A stretch of 64,000 nucleotides of DNA from Mobula hypostoma (taxonomy: Eukaryota): assembly GCF_963921235.1 (NCBI RefSeq), contig NC_086109.1:33482001-33546000 (forward strand), written 5' to 3'. A program made the translations under genes and the position numbers. Positions 1-11,932 of this stretch are shown here, piece after piece. Positions within the stretch are counted from its first letter, which is position 1; every line of letters starts with the position of its first letter. Under the pieces are notes generated by a model, which did not search any database, was not told the DNA's origin, and saw only the letters and a program-made list of their open reading frames with translations.

Positions 1-235
1 AACATGAGGAAAGGGGAGCAGGAGGACAGGTATTTCAGGAATGGAAACCCTTCTTGGCTCTGGCTCACTGTAAGGAATTCTGAAATTCTAGAGACTGCCC
101 ACTCCAAGATACCTCCGCCTGATGTTTGGGAGAGGAAGACTGGTTGGCATAGCTTAGGTCACAAAAATTTTGCCACTTGCAACCAAGGCAATTAAATTTG
201 AGCCACACCTCAAATAGTGCAGCATTCTCTTAGAA

Positions 236-403
236 CAGGAGCCAAAAAAAAATACAAACTGCTCAAGGAATTCAGGTCAGGCAGCATCTGTGGAGACAGG
301 GGGATGATCTATGCTTCAGGGCGAAACCGGCCTGACTTGCTGAGTTCCTCCAGCAGTTTGTTTCTTGCTCCAGATTACAATACATCTAGTCTTTCGTGTT
401 TCT
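236..403. mobile_element. Degenerate palindromic non-autonomous element derived from a PLE 3' end
   Basis: Arms acaaactgctcaaggaattcaggtcaggcagcatct and cctgacttgctgagttcctccagcagtttgt are imperfect reverse complements and resemble the PLE termini at 29100-29160 and 38590-38700. Confidence 0.65.
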
Positions 404-1248
404 CTTAGAACTGCAAGGAAGTATCAAATTGCATTATGCACTCATACCTTTGGAGCAGGGCTAACCACAATTTTCTACTCGAGACCACAGGGGCATGGTT
501 TTGAGGCTCACAGAGTGGCTCAGCAGAAGCTTCTATTTTCCCTCCAAAATTTAACAATATTAATTCTTGACCAATAATTTCAGGAGTTGGTTCTTATGGA
601 TCAGCCTGTGTTTTACTAGGAATGGCCAGCTCCCGGGCACCAAATAGAAAAATGTTGCAATCCAAGTTTACATCTGAGATATAATCAGTCATAAAAACTC
701 ACATATTTCTCTGCTACAATCTTAACCATGCAATGTCAGCACGCTTTCCTTCCATCCATTCCAAATGTCAGCTTTGTGGGCAACTGATCTCCTGCATTTG
801 AGGCAATTTGCTTGTGTGTCTGCTATTCGATAAAGCACATCAAGGAATAATAACAGGAGGACAACATTCCCCCCACTCTGCCCCAAGTTTACTCTATCAT
901 ACGATCATGCAGACCTTTTCTAATGACTTCCTTTTCCACAATTTCACGTTTTCCTGGATTCCTTTTTTTGTCGAGGAGACATCATCTCAAATATAGTTAA
1001 TAACTACAGACCCTGTGATTTAAGATTCCAAATATCGCTGAGCCTCTAAGAATTTCTCCTTCAAAATCTTTAATGTCCAACATCTTATTTTGAAATTATA
1101 ACCTCTAGGCTCTTCAGTCATACATAATTCTGTTCAATCTCAATTTTATCTCTTTCAAGAGAACATTTCTCAATGCCTATTGAGGACAATACTTTCATTC
1201 CAGGATATTGTAATATTGCCTCAACTGGACTATTCTGCTTTCAATTAC

Positions 1249-1530
1249 AGGTTTTTGTTGCTGCCTTGATGAAGGCCTAGTAAGGGTAGCCGCAAGCTTT
1301 CAAGGCTTCTGTCAAATACTTGCGCGCCTTGTCTTTAGCTGTAATGTTGGTGGGCACATTCTCGGCACGATGATGTAGAGGTCTGATAAACCCCAACCAT
1401 CAAGTTCTGATGGGTGATGAGAGTCAAACCATAGATACTGATCTGTGTGGGTTGGTTTCCTGTAAACTTCAATATCTAGTTGTCCATTTTCTTTGACAAG
1501 TACTGCACTATCTAAATACACCAGTCTATT
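1249..1530 (-). mobile_element. Penelope-like element (Poseidon/Penelope type), RT thumb fragment, inverted 5' portion
   Basis: ORF 1312-1521(-) contains YLDSAVLVKENGQLDIEVYRKPTHTDQYLWFDSHHP, the typical PLE RT C-terminal motif. Confidence 0.8.
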
Positions 1531-1599
1531 GTTCTTGATGGCTTCTCATGTAAATTTGATGTTATTATCCACTGAGTTGATGTCTTTTGTGAAGGCTTG

Positions 1600-2800
1600 C
1601 ACCTCATAGCCTTCATCAAGACAGCAACAAAAACCAGCAGGGGTATCAGCCCAACAGACAGAGGTAAGAAACAAAGCAGACAGTTGTCATACGAGGAACA
1701 TTTGATGGCTCTGGATCTGTACTCGCTGAGGAGGGATCTTATTGAGACCTTTCGAATGTTGAAAGGCCTAGACAGAGTAGATGAGGAGAGGATGTTTCCC
1801 ATGATGGGGAGGCTAGGATAAGATGGCACAACCTCACGATAGAGGGGTGTCTATTTAAAACAGATGCAGAGAAATTTCTTTAGCCAGAGGGGGGTGAATT
1901 TGTGGAACTTGTTACCATAGGCAGCTGTGGAGGCCAGGATGTTGGGTGTATTTAAGGCAGAGACTGATAGGTTCTTGATTGGATATGAAATCAAAGGTTA
2001 TGGGGAGAAGGCTGGGGAATGCAGTTGAGAGAAAAAAAGGATCAACCATGATTAAATGGTGGAGCAGACTCAATGGCCTAATTCTGCTCCTATACCTTAT
2101 GGTCTTAAAACATAGTCATCCCATATGTAGCTGCGGTTTCTGAGAAACCCAGAAGGGTTTTCAACAAACACCAAATCCCTACAAGCATATTCAGACAGAA
2201 ACCTGTCCACCCTAAAGATCCTACAACCAAATATAAACAGAACAATGTTGTACATGCTATCCAAGGTTGTACACGCTATCCATTGCAATGAGAATTCCAC
2301 AGATCTGTATATTGGTGAGGCAAAACAACCACTTCACAAACAGGATGGTCCAACATAGGAGGGCTAAACCCTCAGGTCCAGACTCGGTTGTACATCTACA
2401 CCTAAAGGATGAGGGACACTCCTTTGATGATAATAATATGCACATTTTAGACAGGGAGAGTAGGTGGTTTGAAAGAGAGGTTAAGGAAGCCACCTTTGTC
2501 AAACTGGAAACCCATCCCTAAACAGACGGGGTGGGGTACGACACCACTGATCGGCTACTTACAATGTAGTCCTAACGCTACCCCAGCATCTCCACAACAG
2601 TTCACACCTCCATTCAAAGGTAAGACTAACGAACCTCTCATTACCTCTCTGACTCTTAGCAACCTTCAAGTGATTGCTATACCTTTCAACAACTCAGAGA
2701 GTTTAAAAGCTGGAAAACTACCCATCATGGATTAGAACTGAAGAAGCCTTTCCTTGAGTGGTGAAATGTCTTCAAGACAATGCAGCAAGTCCAGTTGACT
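1600..2800 (+). mobile_element. Penelope-like element 3' part (GIY-YIG endonuclease remnant), split by a CR1 insertion
   Basis: AFIKTATKT at ~1609, VVHAIHCNENSTDLYIGE at ~2265-2320, and HSFDDNNMHILDRESRWFEREVKEA. Ends in a hammerhead-like motif ctgaaga...gaaatgtc at ~2738-2770. Confidence 0.75.
1680..2108 (+). mobile_element. CR1 LINE 3' fragment
   Basis: LSYEEHLMALDLYSLRRDLIETFRMLKGLDRVDEERMFP matches the CR1 ORF2 C-terminus at 57911-58390. Ends in ctgctcctataccttatggtctt. Confidence 0.85.
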
Positions 2801-3399
2801 TGATTTTCCCAAAAAGTTCAATGAAGCATTAAAAAAAAACACCAAATATAAATCTCACTTCAAAGTGCTCCACAGACCTGCTGGTAACCACAAGAACAGA
2901 CTGAGCCTTTTGTGCTTGTGATAGAGGCTCAACACAAGACAACTGTGATGCAAATATCCTGCATCAATATTCCAGCAAATGAGAAAATAATGACAACACT
3001 GGAAGGATTGGTAGTTAGGATAATGGTTAATAAAGAATAATCGCATTGAATATAATTTACATAATATTTTTCCGCTTTATACCAGATATAAATTTTAGGT
3101 TAGATTTTTCAATTATTTCCCATATTTACATTCCTGAAATTTTATCTTAAACTGCACAATGACCACGGGCATTGCAGAGACAAGTCAAAAACAAACAAGG
3201 TGTGTGCTGTGCCAATAATTTATAGGAAACACCTATAGTTCGCAACAATTTTCTCCCCGCCAAAAAAGTTACTGAAGAGCTATCTTATAGGAAGTGAACC
3301 CAGTTTCAATGCACATGTAATTTCAATGGCCCGCTGATGGAACACACCACTGTGTCTAATCGGACTAGGTTTCAGAGCTCTTGTGAATGCTTTCAAATT

Positions 3400-4420
3400 A
3401 ACTCATTACGTTTTATTAACAGAACAAATCATATTTTTAGAGCTGCTCCCAGTCTTGATAAAACGAAAGCCTATCGATGAAAGTCGGGGTTAAAACCAGA
3501 TAGTCCCCGGAAATTCATTAGACAATTACCAAACTATTCAATGCAACAGATTAGCGTAGATGCGGTGTTGAGCTCCAAATACCAGGAAGTAATTGTACAC
3601 ATGAACAAACCACACACTGCACCTTCCCGAAGTCATCCCCCTTAACGCAAATCTAATTGTACTCAAAAATAACTATACCTACCCCATCCCTCTCTTACCT
3701 CGCTCTCTCTTCCCCGGTATCACAGTGGAACAATTAACACCTCCCCTCCCCTCCCTAAAGCTATCAGATGATGGACAGTCAATCCGCCCACTGGCCGAAA
3801 GAGGAGCCGGGTTTGCGCAAAAGCAGTAAACCAATCGGAAGTAAGCAGAGGCGGGACTCTTGGGCAACTAAGAAGAGCTGCAGCGTCTGCAGGGAACAGA
3901 AACAGGAGCAAGTGGTACCGTGGTCAGAAAGAGCATCGCTTGACCTGATCCATGCAGAACAGTTGGATAAGCCAGGAGGTCGCAAGGAGGGAGAGTGGAA
4001 GTGTATACATTTGTAAAGGGATAACTTATATAGAAATATAATAGGTAAAAAGACGAGGGGGGACGAAGAGATAAAATACAGTATAGGTGGGGTCTGGAAA
4101 CTCACCCGCAAAGGACGAAAGAGACAGAAATGCCCCTCACATTAAAGCAACGCGCTAAATTGGGCGTGTAGTTGAATAGGTATTAATGGCAGTGCTATGA
4201 AGTTGAAGATGTTCGACGGGATAAGGTTGATTAATCTGACCAGTACAAACACGGTGCGCGGAATGACTCCCTTCAGTATCTTGACTTATTTTTGTTTCAA
4301 TGATTTTGTGATCTCGCGGAGAGAAATGTCTGACCCAGAAGGCACGGATTTAAAGATCACCAAGTTTATTGTTTTTGAAACAGAGTGCAGCGAAATAGTG
4401 GAACAGCGCCGCAAATTGGG
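3400..4420. promoter_or_regulatory. Putative CpG-enriched promoter region
   Basis: Non-repeat sequence with visibly more CpG than its flanks. Clustered GC box (ccgccc ~3784), TTGCGCAA (3813-3820), CCAAT (3831-3835), ETS-type CGGAAGT (3836-3842) and GGCGGGA (~3850). Confidence 0.4.
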
Positions 4421-4639
4421 CATCATCTGTTTTAATCATTCATTATAGATGGTTTTCAAAGTTTATCACCTCGCCCCTGGTGAGGTTCTACACTGAGCAA
4501 CCAAACGATTTGTGGCTACATTTTCGTAATATGCATCCAAAATCTTTGAGTTATACTGATTGACCCCAACCACTGAAGAAATGGCCCTATTGTCCACTCT
4601 GCTTCCTTGATGTCTTGTTTTGATATCATATAATTCACT

Positions 4640-6178
4640 CAAATTGAAAAGAGTGATCAATACAGAACTAAAGGTGCTATGTTTGAATGCATGCACGATG
4701 CCCGATAAGGCATGCTTGTAGCGCCGTTAGAAATTGGCAGCTCTGACGTTGAGTCGTGGCTGAAGGAAGATCTTAGTTGGGAGCTTAGCACCCAAGGATG
4801 CACATTGTATGGATAGGACAAGCAAGTGGCTCGAGGGAGTGGGCTGGCTTTGTTGGTTAAAAAAAAAATGAAATCTGACCCTTAGAAAAAAAAGTGACAT
4901 AGAAACATAGAAACATAGAAAATAGGTGCAGGAGTAGGCCATTCGGCCCTTCGAGCCTGCACCGCTATTTATTATGATCATGGCTGATCATCCAACTCAG
5001 AACCCCGCCCCAGCCTTCCCTCCATACCCCCTGACCCCTGTAGCCACAAGGGCCATATCTAACTCCCTCTTAAATATGGCCAATGAACTGGCCTCAACCG
5101 ACATAGAAGAGGTGGGGTCCTTGTGGGTAGAGTTAAGAAACTGCAAGAGTAGAAAGACCTTGATGACAGTTGTATTCAGGTCCCTGAACAGTAACTAGAA
5201 TGTGGTGTACATATTACAAAGGGAGGCAGAAAAAGCATGTAAGAAGGGCAATATTTCTATGGTGGGGGGGGGGGATTTCAATATGCATGTAGATTGGGAA
5301 AATCGAGTTAGTGCTGGATCCCAAGAGAAGGGACTTGTAGAAGCCAAGGAAATGGCCTTATAGAGCAGCCTGTAGTAGAAAGGCTTTTCTGGATTGGATG
5401 TTGTGCATCGACCCAGATTTCATTGGGGAGCTTAAGATAAAGGAACTCTGAAGAGACAGTGATCATAATATGAAACAATTCACACTGCAATAGGAGAAGG
5501 AGAAGTTAAAATCACATGTATCAGTACTGCAGTGGAGTAAAGGGAATTACAGAGGCATGAGAGAGTAGCTGGCCAAAGGGGACAGCAGCCGGGATGATAG
5601 CAGAACAGCAGTATCGGGAGTTTCTGGGAGAAATTCTGAAGGCTCAGTATAGATACATCTCAAAGAAGTAGTATTAGAAAGACAGGATGACACAACTGTG
5701 GCTGACAAAGCAAGTCAAAAACAACATAATATAGTAGGGCAAAAATTATTGGGAAGTTAGAGGATTGGAAAGCTTTTACAAAACAGAAGGTAATTTCAAA
5801 AGCCATATGAAGGGAAAAGGTGAAACATGAAAGGAAACTTGCCAATATCAAAGTTTATATATATATGTATAGTAAAGCAGAGGTGAGAATGGATATCAGA
5901 CTACTGGAAATAATTCTGAAGAGATAGTGATGGTGGACAAGACATTGGTGGACAAACTGAATACAGTAAGTATTTTGTATCAGTCTTCACTGTGGAAGAC
6001 ACTTGCAGTATGTTGCAATTTGGAGTGTCAGAGGTGAGACGTGAGTGCAATCGGCTTCTGAAAGATGTGGCTGGGGAGATTGTGGAGGTATTATTAATGA
6101 TCTTTCAAGAATCATTAGATTCTGGCATGGTTGTGGAGGATTGGAAGACTGCAAAAGTCACTCCACTCTTCATGAAGG
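4640..6178 (+). mobile_element. Old CR1 LINE, ORF2 endonuclease region; continues at 11933
   Basis: LKVLCLNA, ESWLKED, SLWVELRNCKS and IFQESLDSGMVVEDWKTAKVTPLF motifs are colinear with the CR1 at 55529, with many stops and frameshifts. Confidence 0.85.
4905..5099 (-). mobile_element. Young, severely 5'-truncated CR1 3' end
   Basis: (ACATAGAA)n tail, 3'-UTR hairpin-like aggagtaggccattcggccc, and flanking direct repeat gacatagaa at 4896-4904 and 5100-5108. Confidence 0.8.
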
Positions 6179-6637
6179 TGTTGCAAGGACGTGGCTGGGG
6201 ACAAACCCAAGAGTAGGACACAGGCACGGGGACAGGGTCATTCATGAGGTGGAACAGGTATTCAGGAGAATCTTTACACAGACACAAGGTTTACAGAGAT
6301 GATCCAGGGAATGATACGGAGCTTAAAACTGACAGTCCCGAGGGATCAGGAAACGAGGTTTACACAAACAAACTGGCAAAGCATGGCAGTGACGCCAGGG
6401 TTCTTATCCTCAGGTCACTGATGGAAAGCAGGTGTGCTGTAATTAATGAAAACTGAGAACAATTGGAAATCAGGGGATCAGTACGGGTGGGTTGGCCAGG
6501 CTGGGCTGAGGAGTGTGGGCTGCTGCTGGAAGCTGGCTGTGTTTTGCTTGATGCATGAGTGTGTTTTGGAACCTGTTGAGGGAAAGAGAGTGGGGAAGGA
6601 ACGGAAATTGCTGGGAGGGGGTCGTGTGGGTCCAGTA

Positions 6638-7870
6638 ATGGCGGACAAGATAAGAGGCGGGGTTGAGGGAAAGAAAGTGGAGAAGGAGAGGGATAGAGAC
6701 TTGGGACCAGAGGTAGGCAGCTGGGGAGAGGTGGATTATTGTGAAGGGAGAAATAAAGGGAATGAGGAGGTGGTGAGGGGTCGGATGAATAAAAACCAAG
6801 ACAAAGGGAATAAAAGAATAAGAAATGATAGTGGAGAAAGCCCTGAAAGTGAGGAAGATGAACAAGCTCAGAGAGGAGGTGTTGTCATAATTAGGTTTAA
6901 TGAGAAGGCTCAGGGACATATGAAGAAAATTAACCCGTTTGTCCTAACAACAACTCTGACAAATAAGATAGGGGAAATAGTATTTGCAAAAGTCCTTAAT
7001 GATGGCAACTTATTGGTAAGATGTGCGAATGAGGAACAACTTGAGAAAGCACTCAAGCTAAAAGAGATAGGAAAATGCAAGGTGGAATACACTGGGAGGG
7101 TGGGTGCACAAAACAGTGGTTGTAAAGGAGTGATCACGGGGATACCAATGAGTATAAATATGGAGGAGATAAAGAGGAATATCAAAGGAGGGAAAGTAAT
7201 GAATGTTCAAAGACTGAAAACAACAAAGGAGGGAGTGAAAAAGGAAAGTGAATCTGTATTGATTGAATTTGAAGAAGAAAGAGTGCCAAGGAAGGTGTTC
7301 CTGGGTTTCATGAGTTACCCAGTAAGGGTGTATGTGCCAAAGCCATTGAGGTGCTATAATTGTCAAAGGTTTGGACACGTGGCTAAAAACTGTAAAAGGC
7401 AGAGGAGATGTGCTAGATGTGGGGATGATCATGAATATGGAAAGTGCGGAACAGGAGTTCAACCAAAATGCTGCAATTGTGGAGGAGCTCATAATGTTGC
7501 ATATAGTGGGTGTGAGGTTGTGAGACGGGAGACTAAAATTCAAGAAATAAGAGTGAAAAGAAAGATCACTTATGCAGAAGCTGTAAGAATGTCAAGAGAA
7601 CAGAATAATGCTCCTAATGAACAGGGAGCAATAGGGATACGAGAGATGCAACAAAGAACAAATGACAGGATTTATGCAGAGAAAAAGGCTCTAGTAACAT
7701 TCATTGCAGGAGTGATTAATAGTACTGCTGAGGTAAAGTCAAAAAGTGACAAAATTCAGCTGGTGGTAAAAGCAGCAGTAAACCATTTAGGGTTAGTAGG
7801 ACTGACATGGGAGGAAGTGAGGGAGAACCTCAGTAATCAGTCAAGCCAGGAAGTGTCATGTGTTGGTTAA
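6638..7870 (+). CDS. Nimb ORF1, gag-like zinc-knuckle nucleic-acid-binding protein
   Basis: Open frame with PLRCYNCQRFGHVAKNC, CARCGDDH and CCNCGGAH knuckles. The start is taken as the ATG at 6638 because the ORF-track start at 6446 lies in the flanking LTR. Confidence 0.85.
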   Translation: MADKIRGGVEGKKVEKERDRDLGPEVGSWGEVDYCEGRNKGNEEVVRGRMNKNQDKGNKRIRNDSGESPESEEDEQAQRGGVVIIRFNEKAQGHMKKINPFVLTTTLTNKIGEIVFAKVLNDGNLLVRCANEEQLEKALKLKEIGKCKVEYTGRVGAQNSGCKGVITGIPMSINMEEIKRNIKGGKVMNVQRLKTTKEGVKKESESVLIEFEEERVPRKVFLGFMSYPVRVYVPKPLRCYNCQRFGHVAKNCKRQRRCARCGDDHEYGKCGTGVQPKCCNCGGAHNVAYSGCEVVRRETKIQEIRVKRKITYAEAVRMSREQNNAPNEQGAIGIREMQQRTNDRIYAEKKALVTFIAGVINSTAEVKSKSDKIQLVVKAAVNHLGLVGLTWEEVRENLSNQSSQEVSCVG

Positions 7871-7878
7871 TACTAATT

Positions 7879-10800
7879 ATGGTGATTCTTTTACAATGGA
7901 ATGCAAGGAGCTTACTGGCCAATAGCCAGGAATTCAAGCACTTTATTAAAGAAATGGTTGTAAAACCGGATGTAGTGTGTATTCAGGAAACTTGGTTGAA
8001 ACCAACTTTAGACTTTGTGGTATATGGGTATACAATGATAAGGAAAGATAGAAATCTAGGGGGAGGAGGGGGTTGTGCTATGTTAATCAAGCAAGGTATA
8101 CCATATAGGGTACTGGAGAAAGGAGATGATCAGGAATACATAGTGGTGGAAGTGTGGGAGAGAGGGGAGGGAGTGGTTATAATTAACTACTACAATCCAT
8201 GTAAAAGGTTGGATTTGGACAGCCTATTAAAGATACAAGGACAAAACAGACATAAAGTAGTGTGGTGTGCAGATTTCAATGCTCATAGCACAATATGGGG
8301 GGATCAGATTACAGATCCAAATGGGAAGGTAATTGAAGATTTGATGGAAGAAAGGAATTTGGTGTGTATGAATGATGGTAGCGGCACAAGGATAGATATA
8401 ACAACAGGAACTGAGTCAGTGTTAGATATTACGTTAGTGTCTAATACCTTGGCTGGCATTAGTGACTGGGGAGTTTGGACTGCTTCAACAGTAGGCAGTG
8501 AACACTACCCAGTTTTGTGTTCAGTGGGTGAAAGAATTGAAATAAGACCAGGTGGTGGAACCCCAAAGTGGGTGTTTGAAAAAGCTGATTGGGGTAAGTT
8601 CCAGAAGTTGAGTGAAGAAGGGTTGACAAAGATTGATATTTCTGGAAATGTAGATGAATTAAACAGTCAGGTGACTTCAGCAATTATCATGGCAGCAGAA
8701 GGATCTATACCTAGGAGTAAAAATAGGATGAATAGAAAACTGGTACCATGGTGGACAGAGGAATGTTGTCAGGCTGTAAAAAACAGAAATAGAGCATTCA
8801 GGCTAGTTAAAAGAACCCATAATATGCAGCATTTGGTTCAATATAAGAAAGCACAGGCAGTGGTGAGAAGAACTATACGTCAAGCTAAAAGGGCAAGTTG
8901 GAGGAGTTTTTGCGACAAGGTAGGAAGAACAACACCTGTGGGAGAGATATGGGGAATGACTAAGAGGATGGGAGGAGATAGAAGGGAATGGGAATATCCA
9001 GTAATGATATCTAAGGAGGAAACTGCAGTCTCCAGTAGGGATAAGGCTGAGGTCATGGCCAAGTCATTTGTACTGATACACAGTTCAGAAAATTTGTCTG
9101 AAGAAGGGAGAAGAAGAAGGGAAAGAATAATGAGCCAACACCCAGGTGTGTTAAGCAGGAGGGAAGGAACAGATGATATAATTGATGATCCATTTACATT
9201 AGCAGAAATGGTGAGAGCAATAAAGAGATCGAGACCAACCTCCCCAGGGAAAGATCTGATATGCTCTGTGATGCTAAAAAATCTAGGAGAAGGAGCGCTC
9301 TTGAAGTTGCTGCATTTTTATAACAGAGTGTGGGAGGAGGGAAGATTACCAAGTGCATGGAAAGAAGCAGTAGTAATTCCAGTAAGGAAGCCTGGCAAGG
9401 ATCTGTCAAAACCCACTAGCTGCAGACCAATTGCATGAACATCAAGTATATGTAAGATAATGGAAAGGATGATAACAGAAAGGTTATCATATGAGCTTGA
9501 GAAAAGGGGAATGCTGGCAAGTTATCAGAGTGGTTTTAGAAAGGGAAGGAATTCCATGGACTCAGTGATTATGTTAGAGACTGAAATAAGGAAGGCCCAG
9601 GCAAATAGAGAGTCAGTAGTGGCAGTGTTCTTTGACATTGAAAAAGCCTATGATATGATGTGGAAGGAAGGATTATTAATTAAACTGCACAAGATGGGGG
9701 TTGGTGGCAGAGTTTTTAATTGGATTAAAGATTTTTTGTTTGGTAGAAAAATTCAAGTTCGGATTGGATCAGAATGATCAAAACAGTACATAGTGGAAAA
9801 TGGCACACCTCAAGGTAGTGTGATTAGCCCGTTACTTTTCATCATTATGATCAATGATGTCTTCACAAAGGTACCAGTGGATATAGGTAGGTCACTGTTT
9901 GCGGATGATGGGGCCTTGTGGAAAAGAGGCAGGAACATGGACTATATAATCAGGAAACTACAAGAAGCAATTGATGAAGTGGTGGAGTGGGGTTATGATT
10001 GGGGATGTAGATTTTCAGTAGATAAAACTCAAACTGTATTTTTTACCAGGAAAAGGGTTGAGGTAGGGAAGAAGTTAAGGATGTATGGGGTTGAATTAGA
10101 AAGGGTTGCATCATTTAAATTTCTGGGAGTTATATTTGATTCACGATTAACATGGGCAGACCATATCAGGAAAGTTGAGGAGAAATGTAAAAAAGTAATA
10201 AATGTGATGAGATGTTTGACTGGTAGGGAATGGGGAGCAAGTTGTTCAGCTTTGAAGAGAATGTATGTGGCTTTAGTAAGATCTGTATTGGATTACGGAA
10301 ATATAGTATATGGATCAGCAGCTAGGTCTCTTATAAGGAAACTGGATGTGATTCAGGCTCAGGCCTTGAGAGTGTGCAGTGGGGCTTTTAAAACGTCACC
10401 AGTGTCAGCCCTACAGGTAGAAATGGGAATAATGCCTTTGGAACTAAGAAGGATGCAACTGATGGCAAACTACTGGGCTAACTTGCAGGCGCACAATGAT
10501 TCTCACCCTACTAAAGGAGTGTTGCAGGAGTTCTGGGAAAATGGGAGGTTTCAGAGGGATACCTTTAGTCGGGTAGGGAATGATATCGCGAAAGAATGTG
10601 GAGTGTTTGATCTGAGGATAAGTCCTTCAGTAGTTTATCCGGTTGTAGCTCCATGGAAGCTTGTATGGCCTGACATAGACTGGCATTTGTTAGAGGTAAA
10701 AAGGAAAGAAAGATATAAAACAGATTTGGTAAATGCATTTAACTGTCATGTGATGGAAAAGTATAGTGATTATACTCACATTTATACAGATGGTGCGAAG

Positions 10801-11628
10801 GAACCTGAAACAGGAGTGACAGGGTTTGGGGTGGTAATACCAGCAAAAGAAATTGGAATCAGCAGAAGAACATCTAATAAGTTAGGGGTGTTTACAGTGG
10901 AGATGCTGGCAGTGTTGGTTGCGTTGCAATGGGTGCAGAAAGCCAGACCATCCAAAGCATTGATATGTTCAGATTCATCCTCAGTTCTAGCAAGTTTAAG
11001 GTCTTTTCACACAAACAGTCGGCAAGATGTACTTTATGAAGTCCTTCAGTTAGTTACAAGAATTGCAAATCAGGGAGGTCAGGTAAAATTTCTATGGGTT
11101 CCAGCACATGTAGGGGTGAAGGGGAATGAGAGGGTGGATGAGTTGGCAAAGAGGGTGTTAAAGAAAGAAAATGTGGAAATGCACATTAGTATCAGTAAAG
11201 CGGAGGTTAAGTGTGTAATCTGGGAAAAAGTCAACCGAATGTGGCAAGAAAGATGGGACAGGGAGGGGAAAGGGAGGCATTTATATCAAATACAAAACAG
11301 TGTTGCAGTTACTAGGGTAGGTAATGGAAACAGAAGAGAGGAAATTGTGTGGACTAGGTTAAGGCTGGGGCATTGTGCATTAAACAAAGCATTGAAAATG
11401 ATAGGGAAACACCAGACAGGATTGTGTGAGGAATGTCAGGAAGAGGAGTCAGTAGAACATGTAGTTTTGTGTTGCAGGAAGTATGGGATACAGAGAGAGA
11501 TGATGAGAAATAAATTAAGGGAGTTGGGGATGCAGGAATTCACATTAAAAGGGTTGCTGGGCATGGGTGAGAGAGCACAAGTCCGGGTATTTTTAGCATT
11601 TTTAAGGGGTACAGGGGTTTTTTTATAG
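7879..11628 (+). pseudogene. Nimb ORF2 (AP endonuclease, reverse transcriptase, RNase H), with two in-frame TGA stops
   Basis: LQWNARSL, CIQETWL, DIEKAYD, GTPQGSVISP, LFADD, YTDG, ICSDS, WVPAHVGVKGNERVD and CEEC..ESVEHVVLCC. All three ORF pieces share one frame; the stops are at 9436-9438 and 9775-9777. Confidence 0.9.
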
Positions 11629-11690
11629 AATATGACGAATAAACAGGAATAGGATACTAGGATGGTCAAAGATGGGAGGGTGAAGTGTAG

Positions 11691-11693
<3 letters not shown>

Positions 11694-11735
<42 letters not shown>
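11694..11735. repeat. (TG)n microsatellite in the Nimb 3' UTR
   Basis: About 21 uninterrupted TG units. Confidence 0.95.
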
Positions 11736-11736
<1 letters not shown>

Positions 11737-11932
11737 TTGGGTGAAGGGATTTAGAATGTATGTATAGTGCACATTCTGGAGCAGAGGGTGGCGGTAATGC
11801 ACCATTAAGCTGGATGCCAACCGCCGTAAAACAAGATACAGACAGACAGACAATTGGAAATCAGACGAGGGGATTAAGACCTAATCAAGGAGACAATAGC
11901 AAGATGGGGCATTGCCGGACGGGACCATGACA

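Larger units (their letters stand above)
6474..11849 (+). mobile_element. Near full-length Nimb-like (I superfamily) non-LTR retrotransposon
   Basis: Perfect 15-bp TSD acaattggaaatcag at 6459-6473 and 11850-11864. ORF1 is gag-like, ORF2 is APE-RT-RNaseH-CCHC. The 3' end reads gtggcggtaatgcacc...ccaaccgcc followed by a (GACA)n tail. Confidence 0.92.
6179..11932. mobile_element. Solo LTR (6179-6473 plus 11865-11932), interrupted by the Nimb LINE
   Basis: TG...CA termini (tgttgc/catgaca) and a 5-bp TSD gaagg at 6174-6178 and 11933-11937. Removing it restores the CR1 sequence. Confidence 0.75.

Noticed and set aside
4197..4448. 83-aa ORF near the putative promoter
   Set aside because: No recognisable similarity, and its length is compatible with chance.
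6446..11628. Long ORFs as a host gene or retroviral gag-pol
   Set aside because: The APE-RT-RNase H order, TSD and simple-repeat tail identify a non-LTR retrotransposon. There is no integrase or protease.
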